The notes: generated by a model not told the origin, from the sequence alone. Counted from the stretch's first letter, positions 35,281 to 45,796 are shown. The stretch is DNA of 52,795 bases from a virus (IMGVR_UViG_3300043786_001648:1-52795), one strand, 5' to 3'. Translations and numbers: made by a program.

Positions 35281-36933
35281 TCACATGTAGAGGCGATCCT
35301 CGGTGAGGCCCGTGAGCTTCATGCCGTTCACCTGGTCGGGCACGAGCTGCATGCGGATGCGGCCGGGCATCTGCGAGGCCTGGGTCACGAGGTTGGCTCC
35401 GCCGCCGCTCGCGGTCTGGTAGACCGGGAGCTGGTTCGTGGAGGTGCCGGTGATGGCGCCCGCGACGAACTCGAACGGGATGAACGCATCGGCCTCGCTC
35501 ATCTTGGAGACGCCCTTCGGGCTCGGAGGCACGTACTTCTTCCAGTTCGATCCGCCGAGCTTGAGGCCGTAGAGGGTGCCCGCCTCGACGAAGCGCGAGG
35601 TGTGGCCCTTGTAGGTCTTGCCCTCGAACGTGAAGCTGAAGCCCTCGGCCTGGCCCTCGTTCGTGATCGACGAGGGGCGGTTCGTGCGATCGATGCGGTA
35701 CTGGCCGATCTTCTGCGACTCGTAGGCGCTCCACACGCCCTCCGACGCGATCAGGGTGTCGATCGTGTTGCCGAGCGGCTCGAACGCGCTGTGGACGCGC
35801 TGGAGGTAACGCTTCATGTTGTACTCGGTGAGGACGCCGTTGACCGCGTACTTGAAGCTCTTGAACTCCGGCCGCTCGAGCACGTCGATGTGCATGGCCG
35901 AGTCGGACTCCGCGCCGAGGAGCGAGGTCGGACGGGCGCCGCCCGTCTCCGCGCCGCTCTTCAGCCAGCTGTTGATGCCCGCGATGCCCGTGAAGGTCGT
36001 GGTGCCCGTGCCGTTCTCGAGGTGGCTGTTCGCGTACACGATGTAGGCCCCGTTGAGGTCGGCCGCCGTCGCCACCGTGCCGCCCGAACCCGTCGCAAGG
36101 CTCGACCGGAACGAGGTCGTGTTCGTATTCGACACGAGGACGACCGTGTTCGTGAGCGGGTCCACGTTCTCGACGACCAGCTGCACGCGGGTGCCGCGGG
36201 TCGCCTGGGAGAGCGTGAGGGTGCCTGTCACGACCTGAGCGGCCGTGTCGTTGGAGCGGATGCCGTTCGTGTGAAGGATGTCCACGCGCTGGCCGCGCGC
36301 GAAGCGGTGGCAGGCCTGGTTGTCCGGGTTGAACGAGATGCGGTAGTAGGTGCTCGTGCCGGACGGAGGGGTCGGGGTGCTGAGGACCGCGTTCGAGATC
36401 GCGCACAGGCGGTAGTTCTCGTTCTGCGAGAGGTACCAGTAGTTGCAGAGCGTGAGCGCCATGTTGCGGGCGAACGCGGTCAGCTTCGGCGCCACGACCT
36501 GGTTGATGAGCGCGGGCGTCGCGTCGGCCTGCTTCTCACCGAGGGTGATCATCAGGTTAGTGACGAGCGAGCGCATCGGGATGCCGAGCTGGTACGGCGT
36601 AGCGTTCGGACCCTCGAGCGGGCTCGGGTACGCCTGGTTCGCCTGCTGGGTGTGCATCAGCGAGCCGATCGAGTCGGTCAGGTCGCCGTACAGGTCCTTG
36701 TTGCCGAAGCCCTGGCCGGCCTCGATGACACCCGTGAGGCTGCCCATGTACGTCTTGATGATCTTGAGGTCGCGGCCGAGGTCGCCGGAGTTGCCGACGC
36801 CCTGGCTGGTGACGGCCTTGTCGCGCCACACCGGATCGAGTCCGGCGAGGAAGACGCGAAGGCTCTTGTTGAGGACTTCCTGGATTCGGTTGGACTGACG
36901 ATCGAAGATCGAGCCCGTTGTTGCGAATGGCAT
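35281..36933 (-). CDS. Putative major capsid protein
   Basis: 550 aa directly after portal and scaffold, followed by a hairpin; strongly biased codons; GIAGINSW and terminal ..GMKLTGL pattern. Confidence 0.7.
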   Translation of the reverse strand: MPFATTGSIFDRQSNRIQEVLNKSLRVFLAGLDPVWRDKAVTSQGVGNSGDLGRDLKIIKTYMGSLTGVIEAGQGFGNKDLYGDLTDSIGSLMHTQQANQAYPSPLEGPNATPYQLGIPMRSLVTNLMITLGEKQADATPALINQVVAPKLTAFARNMALTLCNYWYLSQNENYRLCAISNAVLSTPTPPSGTSTYYRISFNPDNQACHRFARGQRVDILHTNGIRSNDTAAQVVTGTLTLSQATRGTRVQLVVENVDPLTNTVVLVSNTNTTSFRSSLATGSGGTVATAADLNGAYIVYANSHLENGTGTTTFTGIAGINSWLKSGAETGGARPTSLLGAESDSAMHIDVLERPEFKSFKYAVNGVLTEYNMKRYLQRVHSAFEPLGNTIDTLIASEGVWSAYESQKIGQYRIDRTNRPSSITNEGQAEGFSFTFEGKTYKGHTSRFVEAGTLYGLKLGGSNWKKYVPPSPKGVSKMSEADAFIPFEFVAGAITGTSTNQLPVYQTASGGGANLVTQASQMPGRIRMQLVPDQVNGMKLTGLTEDRLYM

Positions 36934-36961
36934 GTTTGGTTCCTACGCCCCACGGGCGCGT

Positions 36962-37879
36962 TCAGACGACGGATTGACTGGGGGATTCCACGAGGCCCCG
37001 CTGAATCGAATCCGCGGCGAACTCCTTGACCTGGTTCTCCAGGCTCGAGAAGTCCATCCCGGGCTTCCATTCCGGCGCGGGGACCGGCTTCGTTCGCAGG
37101 ATCTCCTGTGCATCCAGTCCGTCTGCTGTTTCCGACGTCCGACCGAGACGGTCGAGATCGCCGATTACCGAACGGAACGTGCCGACGACAGGCTCTACTG
37201 CCTTCTCGACTTCCTCGGCCATCCAAGCGTCCTCGAAGGTGCCTGCCGCCGCACGGCGGGTCTGCATCCGGTCCAGGGCCTTCTGCTCGAGCTGAGCCCG
37301 AAGAGCCTGTTCCGCCTGCCTGGCACCCTCTTCTCCGCGAAGTGTCCGAGAAGCCTCGAGGAGTTTCTGAAACTCCGGGTTGGTTTTCAAGACGCGGTCC
37401 AGCTGTCCGTCGAGGGACTGCCGGAGTTCGCGCACCCTCATCTTGTGAAGCTCGGCGCGGTGCGCCTCCAGCTGTGCCTTGATCTCTTCTGCGCTGTTGC
37501 TCATTGGGTCCTCTGTTTCACCCCCACTGGTTTCGTCCTCGTCGTCCTCCGGGAAGTCCGGAAGCTCGATCTCCTCCACCTCGTCCTCGTCCTCGTCCTC
37601 GGCCGCGGACGCGGCTGGCTCCGTCGTGCGGCGCGTGGCCTGCACGTACTGCTCGATCTGCTCGTCCTCGTAGCCGAGGTTCTGCAGCACGTTGCGGACG
37701 GCCTCTTCCTTGCGGCCCGGGGGAGCCTCGGCCTGGAACAGGACGCCGACCTCCTGGAGGTCCTTCTGCAGCGTGTCGTTGATCTCGATCGCGTCCTTGA
37801 GGTCCTTGTGGCTCTGGATGAGCTCGGCCAGCGAGATCTCGCTGCCGTCCTCGAGGGTGACCTTCGTTTCGGGGTCCAT
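36962..37879 (-). CDS. Putative scaffolding protein
   Basis: Acidic coiled coil; KVTLEDGSEISLAELIQSH N-terminus; lies between portal and capsid. Confidence 0.7.
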   Translation of the reverse strand: MDPETKVTLEDGSEISLAELIQSHKDLKDAIEINDTLQKDLQEVGVLFQAEAPPGRKEEAVRNVLQNLGYEDEQIEQYVQATRRTTEPAASAAEDEDEDEVEEIELPDFPEDDEDETSGGETEDPMSNSAEEIKAQLEAHRAELHKMRVRELRQSLDGQLDRVLKTNPEFQKLLEASRTLRGEEGARQAEQALRAQLEQKALDRMQTRRAAAGTFEDAWMAEEVEKAVEPVVGTFRSVIGDLDRLGRTSETADGLDAQEILRTKPVPAPEWKPGMDFSSLENQVKEFAADSIQRGLVESPSQSVV

Positions 37880-39892
37880 TTACGGTCCTCTTTGCGGCAT
37901 CGGCGGAGCCTGGGGGCCCGCCGCCTGGCCACCCTGCAGCTGGGCCATCTGCTGGTCCAGCTTCGACAGCATAGCCACATCGTCAGGATTGGGAAGGGCG
38001 TTCGGCATCACAAGGCCCATGAAGCCCATCAGCGTCTTGTGGTACTCGATGAAGGCGTTCTGCACCTCGGCCGCGGCGACCGCCATCACGGGGCTCGCCA
38101 TGAACGAGTTGAGGACCCGGATCTGCATCTCGGGCTTCGTCATCTGCGGCGTCAGCACGACCTGGCCGGGGGTCTTGCCGTCGCCGTACAGGAGCAGGCA
38201 GTTCCGCACCACGGACTCGTAGGCCGACTGGTGCTCGTCGGTCCACATCGCGAAGTCGAGGCCTTCCTTCAGCGCGAACAGCATGAAGGTGTCGGGGTCG
38301 ATCTGGAACTGCTGCTGGAGCGCCAGGGCCTCCTGCTTGCGGGCCACCTTCGACCGCGGGTTGATGTCCTTGATCTTGAAGGAGAGCTGCGAGAGCGACG
38401 GCAGCGGGTTCGACTCGAAGCTCACCGCCATCGTCTCGGGGTCCACCACGACTCCCGCGAGGTCGAGGGTCAGCTGGTCCACCGTGAACGTGCGCGGGCT
38501 GAACACGACCTCGCGCACGGCGCTAGCGAGCACCGACCGGTAGGCGTCGCCCCACGCCGCCTGCACCCCGGCGGTCGGCGTGTTCATCGCGCGGTTCACC
38601 TGCTCGTCGAGGAACTGGAGGCCGGTCGCCGAGTCCACGCGGCCCTTCTCGGCCAGCAGGTCCCGGATCGGGTTGAGGCGGTCGATCTGCGAGACCGCGA
38701 ACGAGCTCACCTTCCCGGGCACGTCGCCGCTCGTGAACGGCGTGATGTTGAACGGCCTGAAGCCCTCGCTGATCGGGTCGGGCTCCCACGGGAAGACGCG
38801 CAGGCCCTGGCCCACGTCGCGCAGCATCGTGTTCGCGTTGAACGACCCGTGCGGCAGCACCAGCACCCCGTACTTGTCGATGTCCCGGATGTTCTGGAAC
38901 AGCGACTTCTGCAGGCGCTCGGCCTCGCGGCACAGCGAGAACAGCAGGTCGAAGACGCCGGCCCCGTGGAACGAGCCGTTCTCCATGAACCGCGCGAAGC
39001 CGATCGGGCAGTAGACCTCGCGTCCCTCGAACGACTCGTCGTGGAGCGTGCACTCGCCGCTCGTCACGATGTACCTCTCGACCGTGTCGCGCGGCCCCTT
39101 CAGCCACAGCTCGCGCACCCTCACGACCTGCTGCGACTCCTTGTCCGAGTCGTGCATGGCCATGCGGTCGTCCGAGTACGTGACCTGGGACCCCAGCGTG
39201 TACTCGTTGGCGGTCTGCTGCTCGTAGGACTCCCCGGGCCGGATCGTGTAGTACTCGATGCGGTCCTTGTTGCGGGTCACCTTCGAGCCGAACTTCTCCT
39301 TCAGGTACTCCATTGACACCATGCGCTGCCTGAGAAGCCCGCGCTGCTTCGTGTAGTCGTGCACGAGGCTCGGGAACGGAAACAGCTCCATCGGGTGCAC
39401 GACCTCGAGGTCCGTCGTGAGCCCGACCGTCGGATGGTTCACGATGTGGCCGGTGACGCCGCAGCTGCCGAGCAGCGTGAAGATGTGGTTGAACTGGGGG
39501 ACCACCCGCTGCAGCTGGTGCTCCGACACGACCTGGTCCAGCATGATCTGGGCCACCGACCTCTGGCGGATCGAGCTCAGCGAGGAGCCGACGCGCTGCA
39601 CCAGCGGCCTGAAGTCGAGGCTGCTCAGCCTGCCCGAGATCTGGTCGACGGCCTTCAGCAGCTCGCTCGACTGGAACTCGAGCCGGTCCTGCTCGTCGAG
39701 GTACGAGTAGCGGACGGTGCCGCTCTCGGGATCGAACACGTCAAACTGCCGGGCCCCCTGCAGGTAGTACAGGGCCACCAGCCAGGTCGCCCTCCGGTAC
39801 GACAGGCGGTTCGTCTCCCGCTCCACGTGGGCGTCCACGATCCGGGCCAGCGCCATCGGGTCCTTCGTGAGCTTGATCGGGTCGGTTGCCAT
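37880..39892 (-). CDS. Putative portal protein
   Basis: 670 aa after TerL; VRELW, G...SATG.Q.L.EQ motifs; Gln/Pro-rich tail; AAGAAAGG RBS. Confidence 0.75.
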   Translation of the reverse strand: MATDPIKLTKDPMALARIVDAHVERETNRLSYRRATWLVALYYLQGARQFDVFDPESGTVRYSYLDEQDRLEFQSSELLKAVDQISGRLSSLDFRPLVQRVGSSLSSIRQRSVAQIMLDQVVSEHQLQRVVPQFNHIFTLLGSCGVTGHIVNHPTVGLTTDLEVVHPMELFPFPSLVHDYTKQRGLLRQRMVSMEYLKEKFGSKVTRNKDRIEYYTIRPGESYEQQTANEYTLGSQVTYSDDRMAMHDSDKESQQVVRVRELWLKGPRDTVERYIVTSGECTLHDESFEGREVYCPIGFARFMENGSFHGAGVFDLLFSLCREAERLQKSLFQNIRDIDKYGVLVLPHGSFNANTMLRDVGQGLRVFPWEPDPISEGFRPFNITPFTSGDVPGKVSSFAVSQIDRLNPIRDLLAEKGRVDSATGLQFLDEQVNRAMNTPTAGVQAAWGDAYRSVLASAVREVVFSPRTFTVDQLTLDLAGVVVDPETMAVSFESNPLPSLSQLSFKIKDINPRSKVARKQEALALQQQFQIDPDTFMLFALKEGLDFAMWTDEHQSAYESVVRNCLLLYGDGKTPGQVVLTPQMTKPEMQIRVLNSFMASPVMAVAAAEVQNAFIEYHKTLMGFMGLVMPNALPNPDDVAMLSKLDQQMAQLQGGQAAGPQAPPMPQRGP

Positions 39893-40235
39893 GTCGTGCC
39901 TTTCTTGCCGCGTACCCTCCCGGGACCAGCTTGATGCGCTCCTTCACGGGAGCATACTGCTTGACCACGTCCTCGGAAGGGAGAGACCCTTCGTATGCAC
40001 CCCCACTGATTCCCACGGAGGGGTGCCTGGGGCCGTTGCCGTAGTAGGACAGGCAGAGTATCCCTAGCCAAGTATCGGACAGCGTCACGGTCGCGCCCAA
40101 CGGATTGGCCTGCGCGGGTTCCTTGTCCGCGGAGCCGCCGAAGTACCAGCGCGACATCGCCTCGAAGAGGGCGAGCGGCACCCGGCACTCAGGCCTTTGA
40201 GGCTGCGGACCTTGATGGGGATGGGGTTCGTGCAT
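39741..40235 (-). CDS. Hypothetical protein between TerL and portal
   Basis: Fills the gap; internal duplication SRWYFGG / LSYYGNG; overlaps both neighbours. Confidence 0.5.
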   Translation of the reverse strand: MHEPHPHQGPQPQRPECRVPLALFEAMSRWYFGGSADKEPAQANPLGATVTLSDTWLGILCLSYYGNGPRHPSVGISGGAYEGSLPSEDVVKQYAPVKERIKLVPGGYAARKARHGNRPDQAHEGPDGAGPDRGRPRGAGDEPPVVPEGDLAGGPVLPAGGPAV

Positions 40236-42153
40236 CGAGGATCTCGTTGACCTGGTCGACCGTCAGCCGGGAAAGATCGAGGCCTTCGCCGACGTGGACG
40301 CCGTCATGGTAGAAGTCGCCGTCCTTGAGGCGGTCGAAGAGGGTCTTGTCGGCCGCGGCGCCCGGCGCCTTCGAGAGCCGGCCCTTGAGGACGAACTGGC
40401 TCATGGCGACGGCGTCGATGCAGTCGTCCTTCTCGAGGCCGCCGTCCGGCGCCTCCGGGTTGAAGGACTCGATCTGGTCGAAGAGGAGGCGCCACGGGAG
40501 CTGCTCGCGGAGCCACATCGGCAGCTTGATCTTGCCGTGCTCGAAGCGGAAGTTGAGGGCCGCGATCTTGTCGGTCTTCTCGGCCATGCCCGGGTTCAGC
40601 TTCACGATGCGGGGCAGGTGCTCGGTCCCGGCCATGTCGCGCGCGCGCGTGGACACGATCGAGTGCAGCGAGTTGTAGAGCGAGACGCCCTCGCGGATCG
40701 ACTCGGGGTGGACCGTGGGGCACCTCCACTTGTCGGCCATCGAGAAGATCGCCTTGACCTGGTCGGGCTCGCGGCACTGGCGGGCCCAGAGGCCCAGGAC
40801 GAAGAGGTCGTTCTGGGGCGTCACGGCCATGAGGCAGGCCACCTTGAAGTCGGAGTCGGTGGTCGCCGTGTGCGAGGTGTCGGCCGTCATAAAGAGGCGG
40901 GCGTACCGGCCCAGGAAGTCGGGCAGCGGCATCTTCATGCGGTGGCGGGCGCCGTCGCGGACCTCGTTCCAGCAGATGCAGGTCGTGGTGGCGAACGGCG
41001 TCTCCAGGCGGTCGTCGATGTCCTCGAACGTGTAGCCGTGGGTCTCGGGGTCGAGGGTGCCGAAGAAGGCGCCGTGGCCGTCGCCGGGTGACGCCATGTA
41101 CTCGGAGGCGAAGTTGGAGGGACCGATCGTCTCGCGGATCTCCTCGAGGCTCATGGCGGCCGCGAACCGCTGGTTCCCCTTGGCGAGCTCGAGGCGGTCG
41201 GCGATCGTGGCCGGCCACATGTCGGGCCAGCACGAGACGATGCCGCCATCCTGCTCGAGGGCCGCGGGGATCACGAGGCGGGACCAGCGGTTGAAGCGGA
41301 CGTCCTTCGCGCGGGAGCCCTCGGGGGTCTCCTCGACCTGCATCGCGTGCCACAGGTAGTGGCGCTTCGACACGAAGGTGCCCACCCAGTCGACGCCGGT
41401 GTCCGGGCGCGTGACCATCGGGATCACGATCTTGAAGAGGAGCTCGTCCATGTAGGCGCGGAGCACCGACATGCTCGTGGTGGCCTTGGGGTCGTACTCG
41501 GGGTCGTCGAGGCGGTACCGGCGGGGACGGCCGCCGCGCTGCTTCGACATCGCGCTGATGAAGCGGATCCAGGAGCTGTTGCCGAGGTTGAGGTGCTCGG
41601 TGCTGAACGAGCCTTCGCCGCGGCGCGGCACGATGCGTCCCGAGTCGAACTCGGGGCTGAAGTCGTCGACGATGCGGCTGTTGTGCAGGAACTGGCGCTT
41701 CATGCGCTCGCCCATCTCGCGCGTGTTCGGATGCGAGCTGGTGGCGTAGACGAAGGAGTAGGCGTCCTTGGTCAGGAGCCTCAGCATCATGTCCTTGCAG
41801 TTCAGGTAGCTCTTGGCCGAGCCGCGCGGCGCCACGGTCGCGGTCAGGCGGTACGCGGCCCACTGCCGGGCCACGATCCAGTGGAAGTCGGGGGTCTCGA
41901 GCGGCGAGTCGTCGTAGAAGAGGGGGTTGAAGTCGTCGTCTTCGTCGGGCGTCAGGTAGTGGGCGTCGAAGAACCAGAGGGACGCCACCAGGTTGTCGCC
42001 GCGCACCGTGCCCGAGGCCTCCGGCAGCGACCACAGCGAGCATGCGTTGACGCGGGCCTGGCGCTGGCCGTCATGGGTCAGCGCGTCGTAGTCCGGGGGG
42101 AGCGGAAAGAGCTCGTTGCCCTGGTCGCGGGTCTGGATCCTCTTGGGCTGCAT
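40189..42153 (-). CDS. terL: Terminase large subunit
   Basis: Walker A APRGSAKS, RG.RP....LDDPE Walker B, VGT motif, nuclease MTADT...DF and DDCIDA. Confidence 0.9.
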   Translation of the reverse strand: MQPKRIQTRDQGNELFPLPPDYDALTHDGQRQARVNACSLWSLPEASGTVRGDNLVASLWFFDAHYLTPDEDDDFNPLFYDDSPLETPDFHWIVARQWAAYRLTATVAPRGSAKSYLNCKDMMLRLLTKDAYSFVYATSSHPNTREMGERMKRQFLHNSRIVDDFSPEFDSGRIVPRRGEGSFSTEHLNLGNSSWIRFISAMSKQRGGRPRRYRLDDPEYDPKATTSMSVLRAYMDELLFKIVIPMVTRPDTGVDWVGTFVSKRHYLWHAMQVEETPEGSRAKDVRFNRWSRLVIPAALEQDGGIVSCWPDMWPATIADRLELAKGNQRFAAAMSLEEIRETIGPSNFASEYMASPGDGHGAFFGTLDPETHGYTFEDIDDRLETPFATTTCICWNEVRDGARHRMKMPLPDFLGRYARLFMTADTSHTATTDSDFKVACLMAVTPQNDLFVLGLWARQCREPDQVKAIFSMADKWRCPTVHPESIREGVSLYNSLHSIVSTRARDMAGTEHLPRIVKLNPGMAEKTDKIAALNFRFEHGKIKLPMWLREQLPWRLLFDQIESFNPEAPDGGLEKDDCIDAVAMSQFVLKGRLSKAPGAAADKTLFDRLKDGDFYHDGVHVGEGLDLSRLTVDQVNEILDARTPSPSRSAASKA

Positions 42154-42452
42154 CAGCCCCCACTGGTCACGAGGAGGTGCGCCGAGGCCAGCATGCAGAG
42201 CGCGGCCAGCATGTCGGCGGGGTTCTCGGTGGCGGGGCTCATGCTGTGCAGGCGGGCGGCGATCGCCGTCCACTTGTCGTTGAGGCGGCCGTCCGGGCCG
42301 ACGAGCTCCTCGCGGATGCGGCGCCCGAAGTCGGAGGCGCTCCCGACCGCGCGGTCGACGTCGATCACGCCGAGGTCCTCGTAGACGTAGGCGCCCCAGG
42401 ACGCGAAGTCGGTGTCCCGCAGCTCAGGCAGGCGGAGGTCCAGCTTCTCCAC
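42153..42452 (-). CDS. Hypothetical protein (GTG 42452 or upstream ATG 42578)
   Basis: TGATG coupling to TerL. Confidence 0.6.
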   Translation of the reverse strand: MEKLDLRLPELRDTDFASWGAYVYEDLGVIDVDRAVGSASDFGRRIREELVGPDGRLNDKWTAIAARLHSMSPATENPADMLAALCMLASAHLLVTSGG

Positions 42453-42837
42453 CGGCGACGGACGGGGGGAGGACGCGGGACGCGAGGGGGCCGGTGCCGA
42501 GGGACTGGAGGCGACGGACGCGCTCGAGGAGGCGCGATTCTGAACGGGTCTGCTCGACGAGGTTTCCTTGCTGGTCATGGGTCACCATCCTAACCGATCC
42601 GGTGCTGATCATGCCATTCACTTCCGCGACTTCCCGTACACGCCTGTTCAGGCGCTGAAGCGCGGCAAGACGGGTGTTGTCCTCGAGCGAGTTGCGGGCG
42701 ATGTCGATGTACATCGAGACCTCCTCCTCGACGTCGAAGCCCGAACGCTGGATCGCGGCGGCCACGCCGTCGATCGAGAACATCGACCTGATCGTGTCCT
42801 CGCCGTTCTCGATCTGCTCCTTCTTCTTCGAGCTCAT
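42424..42837 (-). CDS. Possible terminase small subunit
   Basis: 137-aa helical protein upstream of TerL; ..DNTRLAALQRL pattern; AAGGAGGAGG RBS; function inferred from synteny. Confidence 0.5.
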   Translation of the reverse strand: MSSKKKEQIENGEDTIRSMFSIDGVAAAIQRSGFDVEEEVSMYIDIARNSLEDNTRLAALQRLNRRVREVAEVNGMISTGSVRMVTHDQQGNLVEQTRSESRLLERVRRLQSLGTGPLASRVLPPSVAGGEAGPPPA

Positions 42838-44183
42838 GCCGCCTCCTCCTTGTTGAACGCCGCGAGACCAGAGCTGATGACCGCGGCAAGGGCCAGGATG
42901 AACGGCGCCGGTCCAAGGCCCCTCGCGATCCCCGGCTTCGCGTTCGGCATCTTGGACGCCGCCTTGCGCAACTCGCGCATGGCCTCTTCCGGCGACGCGC
43001 GGCCCTGCTGCACGGCCGTCTTCGTGAACCGCGTCGGCACCGCCGTGTTCTTGCGCTCCGCCGGCGCCAGGAAGCCGCTGATCTCCTCGACGATCGTCCT
43101 TCGGTCCGCCAAGGGGAGATCGAAGTCGATCTGCTTCGGATCGGAAAGGACGGCCAGCGTGCGCGCAGCCACCTGGCTCGGGTCCTTCTTGTAGGCTTCC
43201 TTGTACTCCGGGATGGTCATCCCCATGGCGGAGATGACGCGCCGTTGATCATCCATGGAGAGGGTGGCCTTGAGGCCCTTCATCACCTTGGCAGCGTTCT
43301 CCTCGGCGCTGGCGCGGGCGGCGCGGACGGAGACTCCGCCGGCGGCGAGCGCGGCCTCGCGGAGATCCTTGCGGGCGATGCGGCTCATGGGCTGGAAGAC
43401 GCCTTCCTCGCCGAAGATCTCGGGCGTCAGCGGCAGGTTCCCGCGCGACTGGGGCCCGCCTCGGAGGCCGATCGAGGCCGCGTAGAGGTCGACGTAGGGC
43501 ATGGCGCGGGCCAGCTGGGGGCCGCCGACTCCGAACGCCTTGCCCTGCCCGCCCTTCCGGCCTGCGACGGCCATCTCGGCGATGGGGCGCAGGAGCTCGG
43601 CGCGGTTCCTGCGATCCGAGAAGCTGGCCGACTGCGGCGCCGTCACGAGGCCGGCCAGCCACAGCGAGGCGACGATCGCGTCCCGCATGTTGGTGCGCCT
43701 GATCCATGGCCCGTTGGCCACGCCGAGGTTCATCAGGACCTTGAGGTTGCCCTCCTTGACGAAGGGCTCGAGCGCCCGGGCGGCCGGGCGCCACTCTGCC
43801 TCGGTCACCGGGTACTTGCCGGGCCGGAGGACCTGCTGGATCTGGGACTGCAGGCGCTTGGTGGCCGCCGGATCGTCGATGACCCCGAAGTCGAAGCCCG
43901 ACGACAGCATCGGCAGCCCCTTGCGGACCTGCACCTGGATGTCGCGCGGGCGCTCGATGCTGAACTCCTCGGCGAGCGGCGCGAACCGGTCCATGATCTG
44001 CTGCACGGACTCCTCGAGGGCGCCCGCATTCGTCCGCGGCGACATCTGGCTCCCGAACGAGAGCATCCCGTGGAGGCCCGACACCCTCGGTACCGGCGGA
44101 TGCGCGGAACCGTGGCGGCGCCGAAGACTCTCCATCCCGGAAAGGCCCAGGTCCTGCAGGGACTCGCCTTCGAGCGGCTTCAC
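42834..44183 (-). CDS. Hypothetical protein with C-terminal hydrophobic helix
   Basis: 449 aa, GAGGAAGGA RBS, GTG start; ends PFILALAAVISSGLAAF. Confidence 0.7.
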   Translation of the reverse strand: MKPLEGESLQDLGLSGMESLRRRHGSAHPPVPRVSGLHGMLSFGSQMSPRTNAGALEESVQQIMDRFAPLAEEFSIERPRDIQVQVRKGLPMLSSGFDFGVIDDPAATKRLQSQIQQVLRPGKYPVTEAEWRPAARALEPFVKEGNLKVLMNLGVANGPWIRRTNMRDAIVASLWLAGLVTAPQSASFSDRRNRAELLRPIAEMAVAGRKGGQGKAFGVGGPQLARAMPYVDLYAASIGLRGGPQSRGNLPLTPEIFGEEGVFQPMSRIARKDLREAALAAGGVSVRAARASAEENAAKVMKGLKATLSMDDQRRVISAMGMTIPEYKEAYKKDPSQVAARTLAVLSDPKQIDFDLPLADRRTIVEEISGFLAPAERKNTAVPTRFTKTAVQQGRASPEEAMRELRKAASKMPNAKPGIARGLGPAPFILALAAVISSGLAAFNKEEAA

Positions 44184-44231
44184 AGGTCCTTCCTCACTCG
44201 GTCTCCTCCTGCGAATGGATCGGGATCTCGA

Positions 44232-45620
44232 TCATGGCGCGGTGTACCCCTGCACATTGATGTGGACCTTGGCGCCCGTCGTCGCGCACACCACCTGAAG
44301 AGGCACAGCCGCGCTGGCGGCGCGAAGCGGAGTCGGGAACACCACGCTGAAGTTCGGGGTGTTCGCAGGAAGGCGGCACCGCCAGATCGCGTTCGCAAGG
44401 TTGTCCTCGATCACGATCTCGGTCGCGACCGAGGCGGAGTCGTTCGAGACCTGAAGACCCGTGATGTATCGTCGGAGACCCGCCGCTGGTGCGCCCGCGA
44501 GAGTCACCGCCGTGGTGTTGGTAATGCCGCCCGTCGCGCCGACATACTGCCAGTCCGACTCGGGGATCGAGAACGGCTTGACCACAAGTGCGCCGACCAA
44601 GGTCGTGATCAGGTCGGCCACATCGCCACTCGCCACGGCAGTGTAGTTCGTGGAGACTGCCCTCGCACCAGCGATCACAGGAGCCGTTGCCCCTCGGACG
44701 GCATCGTGCGCCACGGCTCCGACCACCGCAGGGTTTCCAGAGACGGCCACGGTTCCGATGGGAGTGCTTGCAGCCGTCGCGCCCGCGAGAAGGACGGACA
44801 TCGCGTTGCCAGCGACCGTGTTGCCGCGGCCCGCGGTGATTTCCGCCGTGAGCTCCGCGTAGTCCTGCACCGAGATGTACTGGATGTCCGCGTTGGTCGT
44901 GTCGGCGGGCGCGGTGCCGCCGTTGAGCCACCGAAACCTGACCTTGTACAGCGCGTTCGGATCGGGAATCTGCTGGTGGCGGCGGTAGGAGTTGGCGCGA
45001 CCCGTGACCGCGTCGAGTGTGCCGCCGTGGAACCACGCCTCGTCCGCGTAGGGTTCCAACTCGTAGACCGAGACACCGCCAGCAGTCGTCGGCACCGTTA
45101 CCGCCACCGATGTGAGGCGGGCAAGACCGCCGTTCTGCACCTCATACTTGGCCTGAGTCGCGGTGGTGCCGTCGAACAGCCACGAAAGGCAATGATTGCC
45201 GTCCGGGGCTCCGGTTGACGGATCGACGCTCACGGCCTCGATGTAGAACGACTGGTTCGCTCTCCGCGCCGACAGGGTCAGGCCGACCGAGACACGGAAC
45301 GGGATCGTGAAGGTCTCCTTCGAGGTAATCGAGGTCGCTGAGTTGATCGTGGTTCCGGAGCTCAGTCGAACGACACCAGCCGTGACGACGGAGGCCGCTC
45401 CGCCCGGGCCGACGATGGTGTCCCACTTCGCTGTGTCGGGTGCCCCGACCACGGTGAACGAGTCGCGCCACTTCTTCTGGACGCTCTTCACCTTCACCAT
45501 GTCTTCGGCTGCGTCATAGCCCTCGATACGATGCACGGGCGTGTGAACGCCTCCGGTCTCGACGGTCCGGAGATCCTGGTTTGCGCCGAGGGCGTCCTTG
45601 ACGGTCACGTTGTTGGGCAT
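44232..45620 (-). CDS. Putative tail fibre / virion appendage protein
   Basis: 462 aa, Thr/Ala/Val/Gly-rich beta composition; codon usage differs from neighbours. Confidence 0.65.
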   Translation of the reverse strand: MPNNVTVKDALGANQDLRTVETGGVHTPVHRIEGYDAAEDMVKVKSVQKKWRDSFTVVGAPDTAKWDTIVGPGGAASVVTAGVVRLSSGTTINSATSITSKETFTIPFRVSVGLTLSARRANQSFYIEAVSVDPSTGAPDGNHCLSWLFDGTTATQAKYEVQNGGLARLTSVAVTVPTTAGGVSVYELEPYADEAWFHGGTLDAVTGRANSYRRHQQIPDPNALYKVRFRWLNGGTAPADTTNADIQYISVQDYAELTAEITAGRGNTVAGNAMSVLLAGATAASTPIGTVAVSGNPAVVGAVAHDAVRGATAPVIAGARAVSTNYTAVASGDVADLITTLVGALVVKPFSIPESDWQYVGATGGITNTTAVTLAGAPAAGLRRYITGLQVSNDSASVATEIVIEDNLANAIWRCRLPANTPNFSVVFPTPLRAASAAVPLQVVCATTGAKVHINVQGYTAP

Positions 45621-45628
45621 GGTCGGAC

Positions 45629-45796
45629 CTAGAAGAAGAAGGGCAGGTACATGGAGTTCTCAACTATCGAGAAGTCCAGAGAAGGATCTGGAGGAAGAGT
45701 ACTGCCCCCCACTGATGGCTGGGAGGAGATCGCGATCGCGGAGTTTCGGCGGGCCCTCATGGCCGCCGCGAACCTTGGTCTTCGTGCACGGGCCAT
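45629..45796 (-). CDS. Small hypothetical protein
   Basis: GAGGT RBS; MARARRPRF...LDFSIVENSMYLPFFF. Confidence 0.55.
   Translation of the reverse strand: MARARRPRFAAAMRARRNSAIAISSQPSVGGSTLPPDPSLDFSIVENSMYLPFFF

Noticed and set aside
37360-37376. Perfect 8-bp inverted repeat GGAGTTTC-t-GAAACTCC in the scaffold gene
   Set aside because: Single occurrence with no second copy or clear promoter context; could be chance.
39741-39892. Possible frameshift fusion of the 40235 ORF into the portal
   Set aside because: The portal has its own good RBS (AAGAAAGG) and no slippery sequence is evident; a simple overlap is more parsimonious.
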